A stretch of 64,000 bases of DNA from Lepidodermella squamata (lineage: Eukaryota > Animalia > Gastrotricha). The translations under genes were made by a program, and so were the position numbers. Shown in pieces: positions 1-12,814 of the stretch (positions are counted from its first letter, which is position 1; each line of letters starts with the position of its first letter). The stretch lies in contig JBLDXI010000015.1 in assembly GCA_047495785.1 (NCBI GenBank), positions 3,038,001 to 3,102,000 of the forward strand. The letters run 5' to 3'. Under the pieces are notes generated by a model. The model was not told where the DNA came from, did not search any database, and saw only the letters and a list, made by a program, of their open reading frames with translations.

Positions 1-3000
1 GCCATCCACCTCCACTTTTAGGACCAGGACCGCCTTATCCGCCGTATCAGGGCCCGCCTGTTCCGCCGTTATTACCCGGTGCGCCGCTGCCACCGCCGTT
101 ACTGGGTCCTGATACCCGGCCATCTCAGAAAAATTCGAAACACCAATCTCGACGTTACAGATCTCGATCGCGTTCCCGTTCTTCTAGATCTAGGTCAAGA
201 TCTCGATCCCGCTCGTCCCGGTCTAGATCACGGTCCTACTCGCGGTCTAGGTCCAGGTCTAGATCGAACGATCGTAGACGGAGTCGCCGTTACTCAAAAT
301 CTCGATCCCGATCGCGATCGAATTCTCGCGAACGTCGCCAGAAAAACGAAAGGGAACGCCGGAAGCGTGGCATGCCGCCAGCGCGAGATAGCTGCGTCTC
401 AATCGCTTCGACAACGATTTGGATCGGTCACTTATCGAAACATACCCGAGAAGCCGAGCTACGACAGCATTGTGAAGACGCGACCCGGGGCGGCCAAGTT
501 GTTTCTATCAACCTGATCACACCACGAGGCTGTGCTTACGTCACCTTCAACGACCGGCGAGATGCGCAAGTTGCAATTGACGAACTTCAGGGCGTTAAAA
601 TTCAGGGATTTGCCGCGCGTGTGGAATGGGCGCAGGGCAATGGCGTGAAGGGCGAGGAATTTAAGGAGGCTTGGGACAAGAAAAACGGTGTGACTTACAT
701 TCCGTGGGAGCAAGTTGGCGAATTTGATTTGCTGAGGCTCGCCGAGGGCGGTGTTGTCGATGAAGACACGCTGCCCGAGGGTATTCGTGACAAATTTATG
801 GCGGAGTATGAAAAATTACAGGAGGAGAAGCGACTGGCTGAGGAGTTAGCCGAAGAGCGGGCTAGAGCCGAGGCGTTGGAGCGAAGTCGCCGTGGCTCTG
901 AGGAGGAAACTGCTAGTTTTGAGGAGGGTAGCTACCGGGGTCGGGGTGGCTATCGAGGTGGCTATCGAGGCCGGGGTGGGTTTGGTGGTCGCGGCAGAGG
1001 AGGGGCGAGGTTCCAACAAACTGAGATCGGCCCAGTTGAAGAGCCGCCTCAAATTCGACTTCAAACCGATCTGCCCCTGTTACCCCAGGCGCAAGTTCAA
1101 TCCGCTGGCCCGGCTTTGATTCAGGTCCCGCCTCAGCCCTTGCTACCATTACTAGCCCAGCCGCAGATCAGCCAACCGCCTGCGTTATTCGCAACACCCC
1201 GGTTGCCTGGTTTGACGTTACCGGCTCAATTGACTGGTCTACCCCAGCCGCCTCAACCACCGCAACAGCAACAAAACCCGACAAGGCCAACCGGGCCGGG
1301 TTTGTTGGCTGTTCAACAAGCTATCGCTGCCGGGTCGTTATCAGCCGAGCAGCAGCAGACGATTTTAGGCGAGAAGGAGAAATCGAATTCGCAACAACAG
1401 CAAGACAATAGACCGTCGTCTATCGAGCAATTTCTGCAACAACAGCAGCAATTACCCCAGGCTGGTCAACCCTTCATTTTACCGGGTGGACCTGGGCAGG
1501 GTCCGCAGATTTTGCTGCGGTTACCGAATGGAAATCCGGGCCAGTTGCAGCTCCAGCCGCAAATGCCGATGATCGATGTTGTGACGGCGATGGCGCAGCT
1601 GAGGCAACAGGCTGAGGCGAGGCAGTTGGCCCAGCAGCAGGCTCAGGTGCAGCAGTTGCTTATTCAAAGGCTTCAGTTGCAGCAGCATCAAGAGGGTCAG
1701 ATGAATTTGATTCGACATTTGCAGCAGCAACAGCAATTGCAACAACAACAGCAACAGGCGCAGATTCAGGCGAGTCAAAACCAGCCGGGTGGTAGCAATG
1801 ACCAGGATGATAACGACCCGGACCAGGACGAGGCGGAGGAGGCGTATCGGCAAATGATGGCCGAGGAAGAGGCGGAGGAGCAGCGCAAGTTGCAACAGAG
1901 CCAGGCGACGGCGCAAATTCAGCCCGGCCAGGCGATTGACATTCAACGGGCTATGATGTTGGCGCAGGGTGGGGCCCAGAACCCGGTTGACTGGCAGCAG
2001 CAGCAGCAACAACTACAACAGCAAAGAAGCGCAACTGATTCGCCGAATTCGACAAATTCATCGCAGAATTCGAATCAAATGCAGCAGTTGCAACAGCAAC
2101 AGCAACAACAACAACAGCAGCAGCAGCAACAGCAATTTGCATTCCAGTTGCCGCCTGGTTTTCCTCAGATAGCTATCCAAGGTGAGCCACTCACATAAGA
2201 ATGCAATTTTTTAGAGACTTCCCTAGAGGAAAATAAATTATGTAAAAATTCGAATAATTGGGTCACATGCATCTAATGCATGTTGATCTTTTGATGTCGC
2301 TAATGTTATAATCAGCTTAGCTCGTGTTTGATGGCATCCAAAGGCTGATATTACAGATTGAAGCCTGAGTTCTCACTCAATCTGAAGTAATTTGTTCAAA
2401 AATCGTTCATGTCGCTAGACGCGGTTTGCCTCATTAGTAGTAATGCCTTGGGGTTTGAAAGTTGATCGTTTCAAGGCATGTCAACAAAATCGATCAACCC
2501 TGTTAGTTACAACCTAGCGAAGTTTTGATTTGATTCAAATATATCATTCGAACATAATAAAACAGACTATTTTTAGATTTATTTGAGGTCAAATACCTGA
2601 ATTTTGATCAAAATAACGAAAATTTGTGCAATTTAAGGTACTTACTAAAGCATTTTGAAGACTTGAAGGTGCAATTATGTCGAGATTTTGTTGATTCCTA
2701 TTCGTCTTAACAAATTCAAGGCTTATGAGTTCGTGGCGGTAATATCAGGCTATTGATTGAAATTTGAATCGAAAACGTCTGATAAAAGAATATTAACATT
2801 AAACACCAATATCAGCTTGTGAGAAAATTTAAAGGGTCTTACTTTTAGCGGAACCAAAGTTTTCAATGGGCTTAATTTTCAATGGGCTTAAAGCTACTTT
2901 TCTAGGCTTTCAAGCTTGTCATGATTTATCAGCATAATTTGAAATACATCATCATTAAATTCAGCGTAAAATTCTGTACAAGACGCATTCTTCACTATGG

Positions 3001-4031
3001 AATTCATGCATTGCCTCAATTTCGTAGAAATATTCAAAAAGCGACCTTTTGCTTACCTAAAATTATGTTCCGCGACATGCCGATTTGGTTTCGCAGGCAA
3101 ATTTGGTTCCGCTAAAAGATATTCTGAAATTTAAATAGTAGGGGATGTTTTGAAATTCGGATAAAAAGTATTTTTGGGTGCGATTTTCAAGCTGGTGATT
3201 GATTTTCAAGGTATCAGTATTGCCGAAGTTAAATACTAAAAGAACAATTGATTTTCAATTTTGTCCCTAGCTTGAAACCGAATTCAAATCCAACGAAATT
3301 GAATTCACAGGCCCAAAATATCAAATTTTAAATAAAATAAATATTTAGGAATTTTTGTAAGTTGGCCGCTGAAGACGATTCAATTTCATTTAATTATAAC
3401 TAATTTTCGATGTTTTTGATTTCGGTATTTTCGCAAAAGCACCGAATTGAAAGGTTATACTGAAAGTTTAATAAGTTAGATAGTATAAAAGAAAATAGGC
3501 TTGGGACTTGCGTTCTCAACAGTCTTGTTTTTATGATTAATGTTTTCGCAATGTTGAGTCATCTATTTTTTTGCGTATGACGCAGGTCGACCTCCGTTTG
3601 CAGCTGGACAACCGCTCGTTGGCTTACCAGGGGCGGAGCGGCTGCAGCTGCCGCCCGGCTTCCAGCTACAACTGCAGCCCGGCGGCGGGCTACAGCTAGT
3701 GCGACAGGGTGCACCGGGGTTAGCCCAGCAGCAACAACAACAGCAACAACAATTGCAGCAACAGCAACTGCAACAACTTCAGCAACTTCAGCAGCAACAG
3801 CAACGACTCGGTTCCCCTGGTGCGGCGAATATGAATCAACTGCTCAACGCGTTCCGCCAGCCGGGCCAGTCGGCGAGTCCGCAACCCGGCGGGCTGTTCC
3901 TGCGGCCGCCTGGGCTTCCGCAAATGGCGGCTAATTTCCGCGCCATGGTGCCGCAACACTTCCTGAGGCCGCCGATGCCTGGCGAGCCAGGTGCCGATTT
4001 GAGTGACATGAGTAATAATACTGGCCAGTAG
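1..4031 (+). CDS. SCAF4/SCAF8 (RBM16)-like SR-related CTD-associated factor, 5'-partial; exons <1-2181 and 3586-4031
   Basis: An RS-rich tract precedes an RRM (STTIWIGHL...INLITPRGCAYV...GVTYIPW...AEGGVVD) matching the SCAF4/8 signature. RGG and poly-Q/Pro low-complexity regions follow. The GT-AG intron 2182-3585 keeps frame (CAA G|GT CGA). Confidence 0.85.
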
Positions 4032-4380
4032 TGCGACGAGTTTTTATTTGATTATTAAATTCTAGCCATGATTCGAATATTACTAAAAGTAGTTGTGCGT
4101 AGCTGAAGATGAGCTAACATTTCAAAAAGTTGCTCTCATTTAGTTGTTTTATGAGACTTGTATTGTTGCTGTTGACGTTTATTTAACCTTTTGGCTTTGC
4201 TTTTACTATTTCTCTGGTCATTGTGACGGTAAATCTGATGATGAATCTATATATAAACCAAAAAATGTTCGCGTTTCGGCGGTGTCTTTTTCTACACACA
4301 CCTTGTTATTATTCGTAATTTTGAGGAGGATGAGGATATTTAAGTGCCTCTCTCTTTTGATTGTTTTCTTGCTATCTGTG

Positions 4381-4580
4381 GACCGGCGACTCTCGGCTCG
4401 CTTTCCCAGCAAGTTCATGTGTATAAATTTCAGTCATTTTTACTTCCCGTTGCCGATATTTAATGACGATAATAATATGTGACAATTTTTGACTGAAGCG
4501 AAATAAATTGCGAAAAAGTCGAACCAATTCGTCGATCCTTTTTTTCAGAATTATTGTCCGGTGAATATTTCAGGCTTGGC
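4381..4580 (-). pseudogene. Decayed duplicate of the last codons and 3' flank of the Cys-loop channel gene (homologous to 7933-8123)
   Basis: About 200 bp of near-identity, including tcagtcatttttacttcccgttgccgatattt...actgaagcgaaataaattgcgaaaaag. The minus strand reads AKPEIFTGQ*F* versus TKPEIFTGEFF* in the intact gene. Confidence 0.75.
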
Positions 4581-5118
4581 CCGGAGTTTGGCGGCCGAAG
4601 TGGAAGCGGACTCGTTAAAGTCAGGAGTGAAAATCAAGACTAATCAAGGAAATAAGCAACGATGTGGAAGTCCTAAACTTGTGTTTCGGGCAGAAACCAG
4701 ATTTCAGCATTTAACACCACTAAGGATTCCTTGATTTTCAAGTGCCGAAATGGAGTTTATGCCGGAGATTCCCGTTCCCCCGGGTAGTTGGTTATTTTCA
4801 CTACTATAGCTACTAGGGCCTTCTGGGCATCAAAAAGGGTGGTACTGGTTGGTAGTAGATAGTAGAGTGTTCATTGTGCTATTGTTTTCGAAATCTAAAA
4901 TCAAAATCAAATTACTCGCGTTAATCGCGCAGTTTTTCTATTCTTTTCTTTCCGCATTTCTTCGCTGCTCTTGTTGAAACCACGACATGCCCAGCATCGT
5001 CAAAAATTCGTGTGGAATTGTAGCTTAGCCATCATCACTTTTATTGCATATGCTCATATAGCAGAAACACCGAGGTAAGTAATAAGTTCTGTCAAAGTTT
5101 TTCATGGAATTGGAAGAG

Positions 5119-6943
5119 TTAGCCGCTGACGGTTTGCTGACTGCACGACGGCACAGCAACATCGTATGTTCTCATGCCGATGCACTTGACCCTGCCGGAA
5201 ACGCCGGCTGGGAATTTCTTGCCAGCATCGCAAGCGCAAGTGAAAGATTCGCCGACATTGACAAAGTCATCTTCGTTTTCACGACCATCAACCTCGCAAT
5301 ATCCGCCTGAGATTTCACTCGGGAAAGCGCACACAGGTCTTGCGGTAGTCGAGCTGAAGGTGCACGATGGCCTGTTACCATCCCACTGGTTCATGCCCTT
5401 GCAGGTCAGGGTGACAGTTGCACCTTTTTGTCCATTGGTTAGGTACCCTGCGTCACAGCCGCAAGTAGCCTTCTCTCCGACGTCGAAGTCGGTAGCGCCA
5501 TCCTTCGCTGCTGATTCGCAGTAGCCATTGACCAGAGTGTCCAAAGCAGACAGCGTGCAGATAGGTTTCAGGGTGGTGGTGATCTTCATGCACTTTGGCA
5601 CGACGCCTGAAAATGTCCTGGTAGATTGGCACTTGAGAACGCGATCTCCAATGAACCAGTAGTCATCTTCATCGTTGCAGGCGCAGGAAACCTTAATGGT
5701 TGAGGGCAGAATTGAAAAATTGTTCAAATTAATAATGAATTTTCAATTACCGTGCGTCCGACGTCGACGTCGTTATCGTCATCACCTTCCTCGGCGTGGC
5801 AAACACCTCCGGCAACAACGGGAGCCTTGCCGCAGCCGGCAGCACGGGTGGTTGTAGCAATTCTGACGCAGGTTGGAGATTTGGACCAGACGCCATTGGT
5901 CTGACAAGTAATCGTGGGATTTCCAGACATTTGGAAGCCAGGATTGCACTGAAAATTAATAACAATGTTGACTTCTGAGTATAATGGCAGCTCGTCAGCC
6001 TACTGTAAATGTAACAGCCTCTCCGATTTTAAAGATCTGTTTGTTGTCGGCGCCACCGATACAGTTGCTTCCCTCGCAACCAGTATTAGGAACGTCCTTC
6101 GGCCTTGCGCATATAGGAGCGAGGGTGGTTGTAGTTATAGGCTTGCATGTGGGAACGTTGCCGAATCTAAGAGATTAAAAAGGGGTCATAACTTGAGTTG
6201 GAATCAAAAATTGACGCAAAATACCTGTCATTTCCGATACATCTAGCGCGTGCACTGGTTGGCCACAGAGCGTCACGACGTTTACGACCAGACAGTGTTG
6301 CTGTAGCGCTCACGAAGTATCCGGAGTTGCATGTGCAAGAAACTTCCTCACCCAGGGCGATGCGTGGATTTGTAGTGTTGATCCTTGTGCAGGTACCGTA
6401 AGCGACTAAAGGTAACTTAGCGCAGCCCGGGAAGAGGGTTGTGGTAGTGACAATAGGCTTGCAGGTTGGCGGGTTCAGCCAAGTATTCCACTCTTTACAA
6501 GTCGGGTTCAGTACACCTGTTGAGCGCATGTAGCCGGCTTGACAGGTGCAGTTTGCTTGGTCTCGAACTCGGAAGTTAATTCCATTCAATTTGGCCCCAG
6601 TGCATGAACCGAAAGGCACAGTTGGGGGCGAGCAGATCATCTCACAAGTTGGGCTCTGAGTCCAGGTACCGTTGGCCTGGCATTTGACCTGAGTCGGACC
6701 AGTGAAAACCCAGCTGGAGTTGATCGTCTTGTAATAGACAACAGTATTGGGGTCGTACAGCTGAAGATCCTTGACTTCGCTAGTTTTGACAGTAAATATT
6801 CCAGCGCTAGAATCAGCCCATGGCTTGGTTGAGCAGTTGCCACAGTAGACGAATGGCGGATTGCCGCACTGACGGCCATCGACAGAACTGAGGAAGAAGC
6901 AAGCGACGCCCAGGAGGGCAAAGGAGAGAACAACCTTCAACAT
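5119..6943 (-). CDS. Secreted protein with about 7 sushi/CCP (SCR) domains separated by Thr-rich linkers; exons 6943-6225, 6166-6004, 5948-5751, 5691-5119
   Basis: Signal peptide MLKVVLSFALLGVACFFLSSVDG, repeated C-xx-P...C-x-C-xx-GY...C...W...P-x-C modules, and three frame-preserving ~55-nt GT-AG introns. No transmembrane segment. Confidence 0.85.
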
Positions 6944-6996
6944 TGTAGCGAGTAAGACCAAAAGAGAAATGATGGTTACTATGCCGCTATGTTGCC

Positions 6997-7005
6997 CTTA
7001 TATAC
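6997..7005 (-). promoter_or_regulatory. Putative TATA box of the sushi-domain gene
   Basis: GTATATAAG on the minus strand about 55 nt upstream of the ATG at 6943. Confidence 0.45.
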
Positions 7006-8088
7006 AACCAGAATTCGAGGGAAAGCGGACGTTATGACGCGAAATTGCATACTTCCTGAAGCATTAAATTAGTCATGTAGCTATAATGAAAGCGAAGCTT
7101 CTTTCTGCAAAAAAACAAGAAGCCGCCGAGTATTAACACGCCACCCGGGCCGCTTGCTTCCATCTAACGTGGCGAACCGACGGCAGGGAGAACAGCGCAT
7201 GCGCATGCCTGGTTTATTATACCCATATTTCGTGCTGTTGACAAAATGGTAATAGCGGTTTCGATTACGGATGTGATGCTTCCCGCCTTGGGATAGACAA
7301 TAAATCTTCAAGTTTAACATTCCCAGACGAACACCGGTTATATTTTATATTAAATGTCATTCCTATTAAAAACCGTGTATTTCCTATGGCTGGTTATTTC
7401 TTTGATTTTCTTTTTATAATTTTCCGAAATCCTCGCTTTTACATCATTCTGTGACGATGAAAACAGCTCTATAGATATATTTTGCTTCTCCTGGTGCGTA
7501 TGCGTGCTGTATGGAACCAACCTGCGCCTTCTGTAGTTGACAACTCTCATCGAGCCTTTCATAGAAAACAAAATTCTTCCCTTCTTTGATCTTTGAGAAC
7601 CACGTCATAGCCGTCGTGAGGTGCCAGGAAATCACCGCCTACTGCTATACTGATACCTTTGCATATTTCCACTACTTGCTTAGTTTTAAAAACCGCTGGG
7701 AATTATGGTTAATTCTGCGTAATTTTTTAGGGTCGGTATATTCGCACCTACGCCTGAATTATAAGGTTCCACTGCGACTTGATCACCTAAACATTCATCC
7801 ACTGGAATTGCTTTTTCCAACCAGGCGAAGTGAGAGCAAAAAATGTTCAATTATCCGCAACTGGAACCAAGTACGAATAGTCAAAAAATTGAAGTTCGAA
7901 TATCCACTTTCGTTGTATTTTCGCTATATGTTGACCGGCGATTCTCTCACTTTCCCAAAACAAGTTCAAAAGTATAAGTTTCAGTCATTTTTACTTCCCG
8001 TTGCCGATATTTAACAACGATAATATGTGACAATTTTTTACTGAAGCGAAATAAATTGCGAAAAAGCCAAACCAATTCGTCGTTTTGT

Positions 8089-9969
8089 TCAGAAGAATTC
8101 TCCGGTAAATATTTCGGGCTTGGTATAGTTTAATTGCGGCTGTTTCGTCGATGTTTGGCGGACAAAGTAGAAGCCGAAAACAGCGTAAGCTGTCGCCAGA
8201 GTCACGGCGTAAATGACTAGTCCTATGTTATTGAGCATGCTTGCAAGTTTGCTAGAGCCTTTCTTGGGTATAAGTTTCAATGGCAGCCCGATTATTTCGT
8301 TTTGCCGTTCGACACCATCTGAAATTATAAAAAATGTAAGCATGTCTAATTTTTAATTCGAGTTTTTAATTCGTAAACTGCAGCTCGCGGACCATTTTCT
8401 TGATTTTTCTAGCCAAAAACGGAACATTTTGCCGCAGGCGATCTTAACGCCCTACTTTGGGCCGATTCCTGTGCGTTAACGCCCCTTGTCCTTTGAGCCA
8501 CCTTAAAATGAGAGATCCAAATTCATTCACCAAAATACGAATTCCTAAGAATTTTCACATTTTTGCTACATTTCCAACCTGCTAGCTTTTTTGGTACCAC
8601 TATGAAGGAATCGCAGTGCGATGAGTATTGTTTTTACCTGGTGTGGGTGCAGGTGTCTCAGTAGCACGTCTTTTCGCTCGTTCCTCTCGTCTCGAATGTC
8701 TATCAGCCTGCCGACTTTCGTGGTCAACTCGCACGATTAGTGCAGTATAAAGCGTCATGAAGAGTGACGTTGACGTGATAAACGCAAAGAAATACGTCAA
8801 TACTGGGATGCCATTAGATTTAACCGGTACTGCTGCATCGAAGGCCAGGTAGAGCAAGAAATAGGACAACAGGCAGCTGAAAGCGGCTATGGTTAAAAAA
8901 TCCTCATTCTTTCATTTCCTCAAACAAGGTTAGATTCAAATTAACCCGTCATTTTCTCGTCAGTACGTTCGGGAAGCACAAAGGTTGCAAGTTGCAGAAT
9001 ATTGATGACCAAAGTCGGCAGAACAACGCTGATGATTTCGTGTTTAGGATCTCGCCGGATGCGAAAATAGAAAATCACGCCCGGGGTGTTGTGGCTGTGA
9101 TTTTTCGTCGCCTGGCCATCAAGTTCCCAAGCCAGGCTAGTTAGAGCTTGCCGGTCTGAAGACCATACTTGAAGGGCCTTTTTAGGGTTCTCGACTGCGA
9201 TTTCCAAGTCTTGAAGTCGATAACTAGGAGCCCGGATTGACAAAAAGCATTCTGTGGAAAAGTTATTCTATTAAAATAATCCTTCAATTTCGTATCCTAG
9301 GCTTGGACAACATTTATTATATGGTTTGATTATGGTGGCACATTAGGAAGGCGAGGTTCATTTCATTTTATAGGATTTATAGGAATTATAGGACTAATTT
9401 ATTTGAAGCTGGCTCTGAACCTTGGAAATCGAACGGATATAGGTGAACGTCCATGACACATTTTAGCACAACGTTCAATGAAACCAGCCAATTGACCTGA
9501 CCCCGAAAATCGACGCTGAGTGACATTTTCTCCCAAGTTTCATGGGGTGAAACCTGGCCCAGCAAATATATCGGAGGAAAAAAATAATAAAAATTCCTAT
9601 TTATATCCATACCTGATCAGCATTGTCTACTATGTATTGCGGATACCAGATTGTTTTAGCTGGTTGGACGATGAAAGTTCGGTTCAAATCGCTACAGTTC
9701 TCAGATTTAACCGCAAGTCGTTCATCGAGCCAAGAAAAATGTAGGAAAGTGATAGCTTGAACTGTTTCCATCGTTTCGCTGATGTGGAAAATTGATTTCA
9801 AAATCATGCGAACGATAACTCGAGTCGGGTGGCTAGGCGGCATTTTCACCACGTCAGCCATTCTTCGCCGGACCAAATTTTGAAAATTGTCGTGGCAATC
9901 ATGATCACCGAAGCAGAAGCCGGCGAAAATCGCCAAAATTAGTACTGAATATGACCTTGAAATACGCAT
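8089..9969 (-). CDS. Divergent pentameric Cys-loop ligand-gated ion channel subunit (nAChR-like, predicted cation-selective); exons 9969-9613, 9553-9421, 9251-8946, 8886-8638, 8318-8089
   Basis: Signal peptide, WLDERL, IWYPQY, Cys-loop CVMDVHLYPFDFQEC (C-x13-C), pre-M1 FRIRR, M1-M2 linker PERTDEKMT and four hydrophobic helices. All introns are GT-AG and in frame. Confidence 0.88.
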
Positions 9970-12255
9970 TTTTTTACTATTTTTACTCTGTTTATCATTT
10001 TTATTCGTATTTTCGGTCGTGATGGCCACTTCTCGCATCAGCGGGACTCTATATTTTCCAAGTTCAAACAAACTTGAATGTACAGGTAAATGAAGAAAGT
10101 TGGCATTATTTACGCTGGTGCAATTAAGTGTGTCACTAACGGCCGTCATCATTATACCTATTTTATTCCACCGCAAAAATGATGGCTATATCACATTATT
10201 AGATGAAAAATAAATAAAATATTATGTCAACGGCCTCGTCTTCATCATTATCAGTTTATACATGCGTCGGTTGGAGAGGCCTCGCAAAAAGAACACTCGA
10301 TTTTATACCTTGGAAACAAACACACATCGCCGTTTTTCGCCTTCATCTCTATTACGAGGTGTGATATTAAAAGGTAATAACAATAAATAAATAGCGTTAG
10401 CCTGGCCCTTGACGTGACAACGTTGACGCCTATCGGCTAACGAGCGTCCGGCAATAAAATAGCGACTGTAAAAATTAAGGTGGATATTGGAAGTTATTTA
10501 AATTTGTTGTTCCTTCCAACTCGCACCCACTTTCCCCATTTCGTGCGCACTTGGTAATTATTTTTGCCTTAGTACTTTTGCCTGATAGTAATTAGAAGTT
10601 GAAATTTTTTGAATTTTTTGACAAAGCCTTTTCGTGCGCTTGGAATAACGCCAGCCTGAGAAAGTAGCCGAGTGTTTTGCGCACTTGGCTCGCTTTTTCG
10701 AGGGTATAATAATACAAAACATATCATACGCGGCTCACTTGGCGCAAACTTTTTTCTCGTGTGTGTATTATTTGTTCGGCCTCGACAAGTTTCGGCGGCA
10801 TGCGTTTGATGTCATTTTATTAAACATGAGCCTGCTGTCGCGACCTTGCAAAACGATGGCGGCGTCGTAAACAAAAGTGGTGGCCTTTTTTACCATGTGA
10901 CTGCAAAAACGAAACGCGTGCGCTTCGTTAGCCGGCTATTATTAGTATTTGTAATTAGCATTGTTGTACGAGAAATGTTATTATTACTCGCAACAATCAG
11001 CTTATCTTGTTTCTTGTAACATGTCTCACCTGTGCGGCATGCGACAAAGCGCGCGCAATCTTTTCGCGACACCGGAAATTAGCACGCGCGCGGGTCATCT
11101 TCAAGGCCCATCGCTGCATCGTCCAGCCAACCTTAACCGTTTGTTGCCAATCAAAAATCGCGGCGCCGTGTAACATCCTGCCGAGACGTTATTTGCCTAG
11201 CCGCGTCCGATTTTTGGGACACCATCGGTTTGGCAATTTACCGCCCGGCACGCGCCCGGAGCGAGCGAGGCGTCGGCGGCGAGACGACGATATTAGGTCA
11301 ACAACAACACGGCCCTTGAAATAACAGCGGTAACTGCTCATCGTCCTTATTAGGCTCACCTCTCTATTTTATAACATTAACCCCGATGAACACATCACAA
11401 CAAACCACCTTAATGCAACTTGTTTACAGGCCCTTGGCTCTCGACGTCGACGCCTGCTGAGGAGGATATGCTCTTGTTTGGCCGTGAAGTGTGTAAATAA
11501 GATATCCTAAGACACCCTAGAGGATGATATTTGCGCCTCACTTGTTGTTGCGCCTTGTTGTGTTGTAGTGGTAATAAGCGGGCAAACATCCAGTAGCAGT
11601 AGTACATAGTACGGGTATAGGGTATCGCGCTACTGTGCTTATATTTACGCTTTATTTTTACGCCGGAACACACCTGTGGCGAATAAACGCGCGCCAAAAT
11701 TAACCGCGCGGCGATGATAACGCCCGCTCATCGCCCTTGCGATCATGCCGCGTAATAAAAACAACAAAACACCTATGCTGATGTGATGTGGTTAAATTGA
11801 CAAATTGCTATTACAGCCCGTCCGTCCGTCCGTCCGTCTTGCCTTCGTATTATACATTGCACATACATACACTTGAGTGATCAGAAGTTCGAAAGTTTAT
11901 ATTTATCTAAGCGTTACGCCCGACGCGCTTCGGTGACGCGAAAAAGACAATGCTAATAACACGCGCGATTTTCGTAACACCTTGTTATCATAATTTTCAT
12001 TACACCTCGGTTAATTTAAAACTTCAACCTCAGAGAGCTACTTGGTTTAATTATCGATGCACTTATTAAGGTGGCTTATATTTCATACTTAGAAAGATCG
12101 GAAAGATTGAGGGTTACCTTAAAGATTCTCAAATTTTATATTTTATTCGATTTTTTTTCTGCTAAAAGCTTGAAAGCTCTTCCTTAAAAAATGGATTTAA
12201 ATATTACGAATTTTCGATAGAATTTCCAACTGAATATTTATAATTTTCGGAGTGG

Positions 12256-12814
12256 ATATTCGTACTTAAATAAGTACGCGTTTTTTGATATTCATACTTA
12301 AATAAGTACGCATTTTTTGATATTCGTACTTAAATAAGTACGCGTTATTTGATATTCGTACTTAAGCAGCTTTCCGCTTACGTAATATTCGAAATTTTTC
12401 GACCATAATATTCAGCTTTTAAAACTGAGTAATAATCATATCTCACCCAGGAAGCTGAGATAACTTGGACTTGTCAAATTTGCATCCAAAAACATGAAAT
12501 TAGGGTTGGAAAGCTCAGGAAACCTAAAAGGTCCTGAACCTTAGATCCAACTTGATGAAAATAGGGAGAAACTCCAGATTTTGCCATCAAATTTGACAAG
12601 TCCAAGTTATCTCAGCTTCCTGGGTGAGATATGATTATTACTCAGTTTTAAAAGCTGAATATTATGGTCGAAAAATTTCGAATATTACGTAAGCGGAAAG
12701 CTGCTTAAGTACGAATATCAAATAACGCGTACTTATTTAAGTACGAATATCAAAAAATGCGTACTTATTTAAGTATGAATATCAAAAAACGCGTACTTAT
12801 TTAAGCAGGAATAT
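12256..12814. mobile_element. Foldback/MITE-like element: 227-bp inverted arms (12256-12482, 12588-12814) around a 105-bp spacer, each arm with about 3.5 copies of a 32-bp subrepeat
   Basis: The arms are reverse complements apart from about 2 terminal mismatches. Repeat unit: gatattcgtacttaaataagtacgcgtttttt. Confidence 0.8.

Noticed and set aside
7081-8014. ORFs between the sushi and channel genes
   Set aside because: No recognisable motifs and no consistent exon structure.
12255-12366. 32-bp palindromic repeats resembling CRISPR repeats
   Set aside because: The units are contiguous with no unique spacers, the context is eukaryotic, there are no cas genes, and they form part of an inverted-repeat element.
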